From Candidatus Lumbricidiphila eiseniae (GTDB lineage: Bacteria > Actinomycetota > Actinomycetes > Actinomycetales > Microbacteriaceae), in contig NAEP01000041.1 of the NCBI GenBank assembly GCA_002529645.1, forward strand, positions 8,610 through 72,609: a DNA stretch of 64,000 bases, in the 5' to 3' direction. The first letter of the stretch is position 1, and the number at the start of each line of letters is the position of its first letter. This document shows, piece after piece, positions 18,597-27,357 of the stretch. The notes beneath the pieces are model-generated. The model saw nothing but the letters and a program-made list of their open reading frames with translations, was not told where the DNA came from and searched no databases. The position numbers were made by a program, and so were the translations under genes.

Positions 18597-19484
18597 CTAC
18601 TTCACGCTGCCCGCGGTGAGCCCGCCGATGAGGCGCTTTTCAATGAGCATGAACAAGATCACCACGGGCAGGATTGCGACGATTGAGACCCCGAATACAA
18701 AGTGCCAGCTTGTCTCATGCTGCCCGACAAACTTCGTGAGAGCAACGGAGAGCGGCTGATTTCCGGCGGTTTGTAGCACCACAAGGGACGCCGCAAACTC
18801 GTTCCAACAGGACACAAAAGTAAAGACAATCGCGGTTACAATTCCTGGCCAAACCAACGGCAGGTTGATTCGAAACAGGGTGGCCAGCCTGCCCGCACCG
18901 TCAAGCTGGGCAGCTTCGTCTACTTCTTTCGGCACACCGGCAAAAAAAGCATGCATTATCCACACGGCGAACGAGAGGTTAAAGGCGGCATTGACGATGA
19001 TCATTGCCAGCCATGTGTCAATAAGTCCAAGTGCAAGAAATTCTCGGAAGATTCCAGATGTGAGAACAGCTGGTTGGAGCATCTGGCTGACGATGACAAG
19101 AAACAAGAAGACCATGCGTCCGGGAAATCGGAACCGCGCCGTATAGTACGCGGCAGGAAGCGCGACCAGCAGCACAAGAAGTGTTCCGAACACCGCGATG
19201 ATGACAGTGGACAGGAGATTTTGAACAAGCGGTGTTTCTGGAGTTGTCCACATAGCGACAAAGTTTTCCCAGTGCCATTCCTGGGGAAAGTACGTCGGGT
19301 CAACTGAGCGTATTTCTGCTTTGGACTTTACGGAAGCAAAGAGCATCGTAATATATGGCAACAAGAATATGAGTAGCACGATAAGACCGGTGGCCATTCG
19401 CGCGATGACTCGTCCGAGTGAAATGCTGTCTTTGGTGTAGCGTCGCGAACGGGGTTGAGTGGCCCGGACAGTGGCTGATGTCAT
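18597..19484 (-). CDS. carbohydrate ABC transporter permease (MalG-like)
   Basis: 295 aa with 6 TM helices and the EAA loop VDEAAQLDGAGRLATLFRINLPL. Confidence 0.85.
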   Translation of the reverse strand: MTSATVRATQPRSRRYTKDSISLGRVIARMATGLIVLLIFLLPYITMLFASVKSKAEIRSVDPTYFPQEWHWENFVAMWTTPETPLVQNLLSTVIIAVFGTLLVLLVALPAAYYTARFRFPGRMVFLFLVIVSQMLQPAVLTSGIFREFLALGLIDTWLAMIIVNAAFNLSFAVWIMHAFFAGVPKEVDEAAQLDGAGRLATLFRINLPLVWPGIVTAIVFTFVSCWNEFAASLVVLQTAGNQPLSVALTKFVGQHETSWHFVFGVSIVAILPVVILFMLIEKRLIGGLTAGSVK

Positions 19485-19486
19485 TG

Positions 19487-20455
19487 TTACACCTCCTTCA
19501 TGGGCTTGACAACCCGGACGTAGAGTGCGACGACGATGAGAACAATAATGAATGCAATGACGCTGAGTGCACTCGCATAATCGACCCGGCCCTGCACCTG
19601 GATGTATTTGAAGATCATTGTCATTATTGTGTCCGCGTCATATCCGGGGATACTGTTTGTCATTGTACGGAGAATCGGAAGGGAGTTGAATACGTTGATG
19701 ATGTTAATAAGAATTGCAATGGAGATCGCCCCACGGAGTTGTGGAAGAGTGATGTTGACGTAGATTCGAGCTGGTCGTGCTCCATCCATTTTTGCCGCTT
19801 CTAATGTATCGACAGACACTGTTTGCAACCCCGCAAGAATGGTGTATGTGGTAAACGGGAGGGAGACAAACACGGCTACCGCAATTGCCCAGAGGAAGGC
19901 AGTCTCGGGTTGCTTCGTCCAACCGAATCCTGCGGGATCGTGGATAATCCCTAAGTCAATAAAGAGTTTATTGAAAATGCCAAAATAGGGTTCGAGTCCG
20001 AAGTAAACCACAAGCGTTGTCATAACAACACTTGCCGCCCAGGGAACAATAACTGCGAGGCGAACGAGGCGCCGTCCTGGGAATTCCTTATAGAGAAGTT
20101 GCGCAAGTGCCAGTGAGATAAGGACGGTGAGGACAACCACTAAAATTACCCAAACAAATGTCCGGACGACGATTGGTCCAAAGTCGGGGAATGCGAATAT
20201 TTGCGCAAAATTACCGAATCCAGCTGTTCCTTTATCGAGTCCTGACCGACTAATAACACGCGTCGAATTGTAGAACATCAGTCCGGCTGGAAAAAGCACA
20301 ACGCCGAAAATCATGATCAGCGCGGGTGTGATCCAGGGGAGGGCAGCAACCAGATCGGCCCACCTGCGGTTGTGCGCTTCTGTGGACCGTGCGGAAGAAC
20401 CCCGGCGGGAGTGGCGCTTGTCCACTCCCGCCGAGGTGTTAGGCAGAGAGTTCAT
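19487..20455 (-). CDS. sugar ABC transporter permease (MalF-like)
   Basis: 322 aa with the EAA loop LEAAKMDGARPARIYVNITLPQL. Confidence 0.85.
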   Translation of the reverse strand: MNSLPNTSAGVDKRHSRRGSSARSTEAHNRRWADLVAALPWITPALIMIFGVVLFPAGLMFYNSTRVISRSGLDKGTAGFGNFAQIFAFPDFGPIVVRTFVWVILVVVLTVLISLALAQLLYKEFPGRRLVRLAVIVPWAASVVMTTLVVYFGLEPYFGIFNKLFIDLGIIHDPAGFGWTKQPETAFLWAIAVAVFVSLPFTTYTILAGLQTVSVDTLEAAKMDGARPARIYVNITLPQLRGAISIAILINIINVFNSLPILRTMTNSIPGYDADTIMTMIFKYIQVQGRVDYASALSVIAFIIVLIVVALYVRVVKPMKEV

Positions 20456-20483
20456 GGTTCGTCTCTACTCGACCGCAGGCCGG

Positions 20484-21722
20484 TTATCCGGCCATCGCTT
20501 GCTTTTGCACACTCGTCAGAACCTGTGCCGCAGGGTCGGTCTGGATCTTTCCGAAGAGCGACTTGAACGCTGCGTCAGCAGCTGCCCATTTTGCATTTGT
20601 CGTCGGGTAGAACCTCGCGCTCGGGAGGACATCCAAGAATGGTTTGAGCTCGGGTAGGCTCGAGAGAGCGACTGAGCCAGACTTGGTCGTGGGCAAGAAA
20701 CCCTCTGCTTTCACCCACGCTGTGTAGACATCGGCTTGGTAGAAGTAATCCATGAATTTTGTGATCGCACTCTGTTTGTCTCCCTTGTTCTTGAACGCCA
20801 TGAGTCGATCAGCAACGCCAAGGGTCAGCGGTGCGCCATCCTTGGTCGGGATTGGAACGATCGAGTAGTCCAGCGCCGGGTTTTTTTCTTTGATCTGACC
20901 AACGATAGGTGGCAGGAGTACCTGCATGCCGATCTTGCCCTGAATAAAGACATCGGTGAGTGTTGATCTGTTCATCGAACCTGGATTTTCTTCGGTTACT
21001 CCGGCGTCAATCATTTTCTTCATCTGCTCAGCGCCGACAAGATTCGAAGGATCGTCGATCTTCAACGTGGTTTCGTTACCGAAAGTTCCACCGCCACCCC
21101 AGAGCCAGATTGCAGCCTCACCCTGGGTTTCTTCAGAGCCCAGCGGCATTCCGTACCCCTTGATGCCGTTACCGAGTGAGGTAATCTTTTTTGCTGCGTC
21201 GAGCAACTCATCCCAGGTTTTCGGAGCAGCTGCCACGCCAGCCTGCTTCAGCAGTGTGTTATTGACAAAGAGTGCGCGGGCAGATGCGATGAGCGGGAGA
21301 GCGTAGGTGGTACCGTTGAGCTGCTCATTTTTGATGAACGACTCTTGGAAGTCAGCGAAGGTTCCAGGAGAGGCAATCTCCTCAGCTTTGTAGATGAGGT
21401 CGTCGGTTGCATAGGAAGCAAATGGGCCACCGTTGAAAATGTCCGGCGCTTGGTTGCCCTGGATCTTGGTTTTCATGACACCATCAATGGCATCCCACGA
21501 CTGGACCTCCAGGTTGACCTTGATGGTGGGATTTTTGGCTTCGAAGCCTGTGATGACATCTTGCCATAGCCCTTTTGTTTTATCATCGTACGTGGGAACA
21601 AGGAGGTTTAAGCTCGTTGATCCGCTCCCTGCGTTTGATGAGGGACCGGAGGCACATCCAGAAAATGCGAGCGCAGCCACGACGGAAAAGGCTGCTGCTC
21701 CGATTCGAAGTGTTTGTTTCAT
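20484..21722 (-). CDS. ABC transporter substrate-binding lipoprotein (family 1 sugar SBP)
   Basis: 412 aa with a lipobox AFSGCASG. Typical family 1 SBP composition. Confidence 0.85.
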   Translation of the reverse strand: MKQTLRIGAAAFSVVAALAFSGCASGPSSNAGSGSTSLNLLVPTYDDKTKGLWQDVITGFEAKNPTIKVNLEVQSWDAIDGVMKTKIQGNQAPDIFNGGPFASYATDDLIYKAEEIASPGTFADFQESFIKNEQLNGTTYALPLIASARALFVNNTLLKQAGVAAAPKTWDELLDAAKKITSLGNGIKGYGMPLGSEETQGEAAIWLWGGGGTFGNETTLKIDDPSNLVGAEQMKKMIDAGVTEENPGSMNRSTLTDVFIQGKIGMQVLLPPIVGQIKEKNPALDYSIVPIPTKDGAPLTLGVADRLMAFKNKGDKQSAITKFMDYFYQADVYTAWVKAEGFLPTTKSGSVALSSLPELKPFLDVLPSARFYPTTNAKWAAADAAFKSLFGKIQTDPAAQVLTSVQKQAMAG

Positions 21723-21819
21723 GTGTTGCTTCCTCTCGATAGTTTCTTGGTGTTTTTTGCAATTGGCTGTAGTGCTGGGAATCTATCGATACCAACTGTG
21801 TTTCGGCTACACGGTCTAT

Positions 21820-22581
21820 CTATGTCGTGTGCCGTTGGTTGGTCGATGTGAATGTTGCTATGCGTGTAACAAGGTCGGCCGCACCTCGAACAGCGGCGTC
21901 GAAGAATTCATGACCTCGGGTGACTGTGGCACCGCGGGGATCACCGACACCGCCGTGACGGCTTCGCTCGGGGATCCCTTCGGTTGTTGCGATATGGAGT
22001 CCGATTCCGTCTCCGTATCCGTCATCTTCAGCTCGCTCCATAGCGACGAGTTCGGGGTGTTTTGCGAGCAGAATGGATGTCTCGATAATGTCCGCGTGCC
22101 CCATGAAAGGCGGGCGATCAATGCCAACGACATCCAGTGCATCAAACATGAGAGCCCAATAGTCCACCCCGAACCCAAGCACCTGCGGCTGCTTTTCGTG
22201 AATGTGCTCGAGCGCAAGACGCACTGCCGGTTGGTTCCCGCCGTGTCCATTGAGGATCAATATTCGATCGATACCCGTACTTGCGACCAGGCTCAGTACC
22301 TGTCGGGTCACAACCTCGGTGATGGTGAGGGTTCCGACCGAGGCCGATCCCGGTAGAGCGAGGTGGTGATTGCTTGCACCAATCCACACTGTTGGTGCAA
22401 GCAGAACCAGTGCGGGGTGTGTTTCTTCAAGCGCGCGCGCAATATGTTCAACTATGAGTGCATCGGTTCCAAGCGGCAGATGCCGACTGTGTTGTTCGAC
22501 GGCACCGATCGGGATAACAAGTACCGGTTTGTCATTCTCGCCGAACCTGCACTGATCGGAACGCAGGAGAGCGAGTTTCAT
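21820..22581 (-). CDS. creatininase family amidohydrolase
   Basis: IPIGAVEQHSRHLPLGTDALIVEHIA matches the creatininase-family metal-binding motif. Start set to ATG 22581, which forms an ATGA overlap with the ridA-like stop. Confidence 0.75.
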   Translation of the reverse strand: MKLALLRSDQCRFGENDKPVLVIPIGAVEQHSRHLPLGTDALIVEHIARALEETHPALVLLAPTVWIGASNHHLALPGSASVGTLTITEVVTRQVLSLVASTGIDRILILNGHGGNQPAVRLALEHIHEKQPQVLGFGVDYWALMFDALDVVGIDRPPFMGHADIIETSILLAKHPELVAMERAEDDGYGDGIGLHIATTEGIPERSRHGGVGDPRGATVTRGHEFFDAAVRGAADLVTRIATFTSTNQRHTT

Positions 22582-22961
22582 CCTGCCGCCCACATCTCAA
22601 TTTCAACGAGCATGCCCAGGAGCAGTTTGGTGCCGACAGCTGTTCGCACCGGCAGTGGTTCCGAGAAGTGTGTGACATACTCCGTGTTGAATGCGGGCCA
22701 GTCGTCAAGGTCAGCGAGGAAGACATTCACCTTAAACACGTCGTCGAGTGTTACCCCGGCTTCCGCGAGTGCTTTTGCACAGTTTGCGAGCGTCGCACGG
22801 GTCTGTTCAGCAATGTTGGAGCCGATGAGTTCACCGTCGTCGTTAAGTGGTCCTTGACCACTAATGACGATAAGGTCGCCGGCTGAGATCCGCAGCACCG
22901 GCGAGTAAGGTCCTGCTTTGCGGTGTTGTGTTGCATCCGTATAAGAGGTGATGCGGGTCAT
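22578..22961 (-). CDS. RidA family protein (YjgF/YER057c/UK114)
   Basis: 127 aa, containing ISGQGPLNDDGELIG...AEQTRATLANCAKALAEAGVTLDDVFKVNVFLADLDDW. Confidence 0.8.
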   Translation of the reverse strand: MTRITSYTDATQHRKAGPYSPVLRISAGDLIVISGQGPLNDDGELIGSNIAEQTRATLANCAKALAEAGVTLDDVFKVNVFLADLDDWPAFNTEYVTHFSEPLPVRTAVGTKLLLGMLVEIEMWAAG

Positions 22962-23407
22962 GAGGTGCTAACCTTCCAGTCGTGTGCGAGGTAGCCGACG
23001 AATCCGGTGATTTTCCACCGGTTTACCCGTTGATCACATCGCAAGAAGTAGTAGGTCACCCAGTCCAGTTTGATGGGTCCTGCCGGGCCATCCAGTTGCC
23101 CCTTAATAACCTTCGTGACCAGTGCCCGACCGTGTAAAATTTCAACCGTTCGCAGTGACATGGCTTCGAGTAGTTGTCGCTTCAGAGTGACCGGATCGCA
23201 GCCCTCCAATTCCCTCGCCTGACGGAGCCACGAGTCTCGGTAGCTTTCAAGGGTGGGATAGATGAGCCGGAGCGGGCCGTTTTCAGCGCTCGAACCCATG
23301 AACATATCATCATCAAAGTCGTCCTTGACGAGATTCCAGTCACGGGCGACGAATCCAACCGCGTCGCGCTCTAACAGGATGTTGTGAATCGCTGCTGTAT
23401 CATCCAT
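22958..23407 (-). CDS. hypothetical protein, NTF2/SnoaL-like fold suspected
   Basis: 149-aa ORF translationally coupled at both ends. Size and pattern (IHNILLERDAV...DWN...WKITGFVGY) suggest an NTF2-like fold. Confidence 0.4.
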   Translation of the reverse strand: MDDTAAIHNILLERDAVGFVARDWNLVKDDFDDDMFMGSSAENGPLRLIYPTLESYRDSWLRQARELEGCDPVTLKRQLLEAMSLRTVEILHGRALVTKVIKGQLDGPAGPIKLDWVTYYFLRCDQRVNRWKITGFVGYLAHDWKVSTS

Positions 23408-24555
23408 TAGTCCTTGACCTCCTCCGAGACGGTGCTGTGCGAAATCGCGTGCTTGTCAACCGCGTCAAGGTCAAGCTCTACACCAAGACCGGGCCCGGTC
23501 GGAACTTTCACAGTTGCGCCGTTCAACTCGAGACCTTCAACGAGCAGGTCACTTGAACGGATGTGTCGACCAAAGATGTCACTCGGGAGTGTTCCACCGT
23601 GCGAGGCAGCGGTGACGTGCACATAGCCGGCCTCCATAATGCCGAGGTCTACTTCTGATCCGTGCCAGTACGGGCGCTGGGCTGCATCGGCGATGTGTGC
23701 CATTCGTATGAAGTCGCCGATGCCTGAGCTGAGGTTGAACACATCAGTTGCTCGCATTGTGATTGCTGTGAGAACATCAGATATTCGTTGCCCGTGCGCG
23801 ATGTATCCGAGCGCAACGTGCACGGCGATCGGAACGGTGGTGCGTGCCCGCAGCTCGGCGTACGACCCGAGATCCCAGCGGGGCAAGGGGTCTTCTAAGC
23901 AGATGACATTGCCGACTTTTTCTAAATCTTTTGCGATTTTCACCGCGTGCCGGAGCTCGACAAATCGTTCGTTTGGGTCAAAAATAAGTCCGAAACTTGG
24001 CCCACACGCATCGAGTACCGACTGTGCAATTCCCCCCACGTCGTCATGGACATCGCACTTCAGCTTCAGGGATGTCGCACCTCGCTCCTGCGCTGCTTGT
24101 GCCACCTTCCCGGCATCCTCCGCAAAGCGGTGACTTGTCCAGGCGCCAACGTTCACCTCGGAACGAAGCGCACCCCCAATGAGGGACGACACCGAAACGC
24201 CAGTACGCTTGCCCAGCAGGTCGAGAACCAAGAGCTCGAAGCCGTCGTATTCGCGGTTTTTCACAAGCGGGAGTGCCTGCCACGCGAGTTTTGTCAGATC
24301 GACACCGATGAGTTGTCGTGCCATAGCCTTCGTGACCTCGAGGCTTGTGTCGCGGAGTGATTCACCGAACCCAATGATTCCCTCATCGGTCGTTCCGATG
24401 AGCATGAACTTCGAGAATTCATCAAACTGCTTCGTCCACGCGGCATCCGCACCGGACACCAGCTTGTGCAATGGGATGTTGAGCCCAACGGAGTTTACCG
24501 TTCCCGGGTTCGCTGGAACGACAACCTCAATAATCTCGATTGAAACAAGTTTCAT
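23407..24555 (-). CDS. enolase-superfamily enzyme (mandelate racemase/muconate lactonizing family)
   Basis: 382 aa with KxK (SLKLKCD), DPNERF, CLEDP and an overall capping-plus-barrel layout. Confidence 0.8.
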   Translation of the reverse strand: MKLVSIEIIEVVVPANPGTVNSVGLNIPLHKLVSGADAAWTKQFDEFSKFMLIGTTDEGIIGFGESLRDTSLEVTKAMARQLIGVDLTKLAWQALPLVKNREYDGFELLVLDLLGKRTGVSVSSLIGGALRSEVNVGAWTSHRFAEDAGKVAQAAQERGATSLKLKCDVHDDVGGIAQSVLDACGPSFGLIFDPNERFVELRHAVKIAKDLEKVGNVICLEDPLPRWDLGSYAELRARTTVPIAVHVALGYIAHGQRISDVLTAITMRATDVFNLSSGIGDFIRMAHIADAAQRPYWHGSEVDLGIMEAGYVHVTAASHGGTLPSDIFGRHIRSSDLLVEGLELNGATVKVPTGPGLGVELDLDAVDKHAISHSTVSEEVKD

Positions 24556-25454
24556 GCTGTGCCTCCGGTATTGGCTTGTTCCTCGTTGATCGCGTTCAGG
24601 CCCTGCCAGATTGAGTTCCCTCCGTCAATGGGGAGCTCGACACCGGTAATGCTCCGACTTTTGTGTGACATCAAGAAGGCAACGGCTGCACCGATCTCCT
24701 CGGGGGTAATGGTCGAGGGTAGCATTTGTCGCGATTCAGCGAAGTTTCGAATCCAGGCTTCCGGATCGCCCCACTGCGCAATCAGTTGCCGGTTTAGTGG
24801 GCTGTCAACCAAGCCCGGGTGAATAATGTTGCAGCGAATATTTTCGCGCCCATGGTCTGCAGCAATGCCTCGTGTGAGGCCAATCATCCCCGTCTTTGCA
24901 GCAGAATAGGTCGAGTATCCGACTTCGGGGGCGATGGCTTGCACCGATCCGATGTTCACAATGGAACCGCCCCCGTGCGTTCGGAAGTGTGCGATAGCTT
25001 CGCGCGCGCACAGGAACGCACCCCGGAGATTCACGGTGTGAATTCGGTCCCACTCTGCCGTCGAGACATCCCCGAGAGTCTTGACCAACCCGACTCCTGC
25101 GCTGTTGACGAGCCCACAAAGTTTCCCGTTCTTCGGTACAAATTCGCGGAATAGGGTGTTGACGGTCGATTCATCTACAACATCAAGGTATGTTCCGAGG
25201 GCGGACAACCCTTCTGCGACAAGTTGGTCTGCGAGTGCGATGGCTTCTTTTTCCTCGCGGTCAGCAATCACGACGCTCCAGCCCTCGACCGCGAGTGCAC
25301 GGGAAATGCCTTGACCGATTCCGCCCCCTGCCCCACCGGTGACCACGATAAGGCGCGCCGGGTCGTTTTGCGGTGTCTGCACCGCTTCGTCTTGTGGTGC
25401 TTGGCTCACCCTGTTTCGCGGTGCCCGCACCGCTTCGTCTTCTTGCTGGTCCAC
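24552..25454 (-). CDS. SDR family oxidoreductase
   Basis: VTGGAGGGIGQGISRAL and YSAAKTG motifs. The GTG start lies at 25454. The N-terminal about 30 aa contains a 16-aa (48-bp) duplication, AVRAPRN.../AVQTPQN... Confidence 0.8.
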   Translation of the reverse strand: MDQQEDEAVRAPRNRVSQAPQDEAVQTPQNDPARLIVVTGGAGGGIGQGISRALAVEGWSVVIADREEKEAIALADQLVAEGLSALGTYLDVVDESTVNTLFREFVPKNGKLCGLVNSAGVGLVKTLGDVSTAEWDRIHTVNLRGAFLCAREAIAHFRTHGGGSIVNIGSVQAIAPEVGYSTYSAAKTGMIGLTRGIAADHGRENIRCNIIHPGLVDSPLNRQLIAQWGDPEAWIRNFAESRQMLPSTITPEEIGAAVAFLMSHKSRSITGVELPIDGGNSIWQGLNAINEEQANTGGTA

Positions 25455-25541
25455 TCCAGCTCCTTGTGTCGAGGGAAGATGTCTTTATGCAAAGGTACTC
25501 TACATCTGAAAAATCCAGCTCCTTGTGTCGAGGAAGATGTC
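25455..25541. promoter_or_regulatory. 28/29-bp direct repeat pair in the divergent SDR-AraC promoter region (locus F), candidate AraC-type operator
   Basis: TCCAGCTCCTTGTGTCGAGG(G)AAGATGTC occurs at 25455-25483 and 25514-25541. The two copies differ by one 1-nt indel and are separated by an unrelated 30-bp spacer. Confidence 0.45.
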
Positions 25542-25630
25542 GGAGCCTAGAATTAGCTTCGACGGCAATTGACCCAATGCTTACACGGGATGCCGCGAAG
25601 GCCATCGTGTTTCTTTCATAGGATATTTTC

Positions 25631-26557
25631 ATGTGTTCAACGCTCGCTCCGGTGGTGGGGGGTATCCCACCAACCGACACGCCAGAATTAGGAGATACGG
25701 ATGAGCGAACCATTGTCGATCTCCGAAGCCGTCCGCCCTTTGTCAGTCTTGGTTGGCTGCGCCATCTCACGGCGCGCGATCCGATTCCAGAGCAGCACCA
25801 CACGGGGTTTCTCTGGCTTGCGTTCCCGCAGCGAGGATCCTTTGAGGTCGTTGTTGATGGCGCCGACTACGAGGTTCAAACCAAGCAGGTGCTTGTCGTT
25901 CCCCCTCGCCATGTGTACCGCATTGGTGTGGAATCAATGCCGCGTGGTGAACTGTTGTGGCTGCTGATCGAAACATCAGCATGTTTGGATCGTCGTGGAC
26001 CGCTCGACGGTGCGCTTGCCCGGGTGATCGGCGAACTAGCCGACCTGGGAGTGAGCGTGTGGCAGGCGCCGGTAGCTTCTGCAGATCTACTTCGTCGTGC
26101 GTTCATGGATGTCCCCGTCAACACTGAATTCGCACGACTACGGCAGCACTTCTTCTGCGCCACGGCGCTCATCGAACTTGCCACGTTTGGTCTTCGTCGG
26201 AAGCCCGAGAATGAATCGGTGCATCCTGGGATTCGACGGTCGCTGCGGTGGCTTGATGACCATCTCGAAGAAACCGTGACGGTTACGCAACTCGTTGAAA
26301 TTTCTGACCTCTCGACAACGCATTTCTACCAAGAGTTCAAGCGTTCCTGTGGCACGAGTCCCAAAGATCACATTCTGCGTGTGAAAATTAGTCGGGCCGA
26401 AGCATTCCTCTCGGAGGGTGAGGCAACCATTACCGATATTGCACACCGCCTGGGATTCAGTTCAAGCCAACACTTCGGCACCGCGTTTCGACGGTATGTC
26501 GGTATCAGCCCCTCTGAATATCGGCGGGCACACCGCGGCCAGTCACCGCAGGTCTGA
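25631..26557 (+). CDS. AraC family transcriptional regulator
   Basis: C-terminal double HTH: VTQLVEISDLSTTHFYQEFKRSCGTSPKDHILRVKISRAEAFL...ITDIAHRLGFSSSQHFGTAFRRYVGISPSEYRR. Confidence 0.85.
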   Translation: MCSTLAPVVGGIPPTDTPELGDTDERTIVDLRSRPPFVSLGWLRHLTARDPIPEQHHTGFLWLAFPQRGSFEVVVDGADYEVQTKQVLVVPPRHVYRIGVESMPRGELLWLLIETSACLDRRGPLDGALARVIGELADLGVSVWQAPVASADLLRRAFMDVPVNTEFARLRQHFFCATALIELATFGLRRKPENESVHPGIRRSLRWLDDHLEETVTVTQLVEISDLSTTHFYQEFKRSCGTSPKDHILRVKISRAEAFLSEGEATITDIAHRLGFSSSQHFGTAFRRYVGISPSEYRRAHRGQSPQV

Positions 26558-26604
26558 GGTGCTGTTTGCTGGGTTGGTGTTGCAGGTGTGGAGAGGCTGT
26601 GATC

Positions 26605-27357
26605 CTAGAGTGCAAGCGTTCCTGAATGCAGTTCTCGCCCACCATCTACCACCAGGGTTGCACCAGTAATCCAACTCGCTTCATTCGACGCAAGAAAATT
26701 GACCGTGCTAGCAATATCTTGCGGAGCTCCGAGGCGTTGCAACAGTGTCCTCGCGGCTGAGCGCTCTTTTGCTCCATCAGGCTGCCCTTGCCATGCGTGT
26801 GTATCTACTGGACCTACCCGCACCGTGTTGACTCGCACATCGGGTGCTAACTCGATGGCTAGCTGTCTGGCAAGACCCTCGAGCGCTGCTTTTGAGGATG
26901 CATACCCCGCGTGCCCCGCGGCCGATCTAGTGACGTGAACAGATGAGATCAACGTCACACTTCCCTGTGCCCGTCGAATTGCATCAAGACACACTCGAAC
27001 GGCACGAACGGCTCCGGTTACATTCACCGCCCACTGTCGATCCCAGGCATCAAAATCAATCTCTCCGATTCTTTGCCGAGCGATTGAGTAGGCGTTGCAC
27101 ACGAGCGAGATGACACCCGCATCTCCTACGCGGTCAGAAACAGAAACCCATGTGCTTTCGTCAGACACATCTCCAACCACCGGGATAAATGAATTACTGT
27201 ACTGTTCGGTGAGAGTTTTTAGCGATGGGTCATCAACGTCAACTCCAATGACCGTTGCACCCTCTGCAATAAACCTGGCGACAGTCGCTGCACCGATCCC
27301 AGCAGCGGCACCTGAGATGACGGCAAACTGGCCCGTGTATCTACGTGCATTGATCAT
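26605..27357 (-). CDS. SDR family oxidoreductase
   Basis: 250 aa with ISGAAAGIGAATVARF and YASSKAA motifs. Confidence 0.8.
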   Translation of the reverse strand: MINARRYTGQFAVISGAAAGIGAATVARFIAEGATVIGVDVDDPSLKTLTEQYSNSFIPVVGDVSDESTWVSVSDRVGDAGVISLVCNAYSIARQRIGEIDFDAWDRQWAVNVTGAVRAVRVCLDAIRRAQGSVTLISSVHVTRSAAGHAGYASSKAALEGLARQLAIELAPDVRVNTVRVGPVDTHAWQGQPDGAKERSAARTLLQRLGAPQDIASTVNFLASNEASWITGATLVVDGGRELHSGTLAL

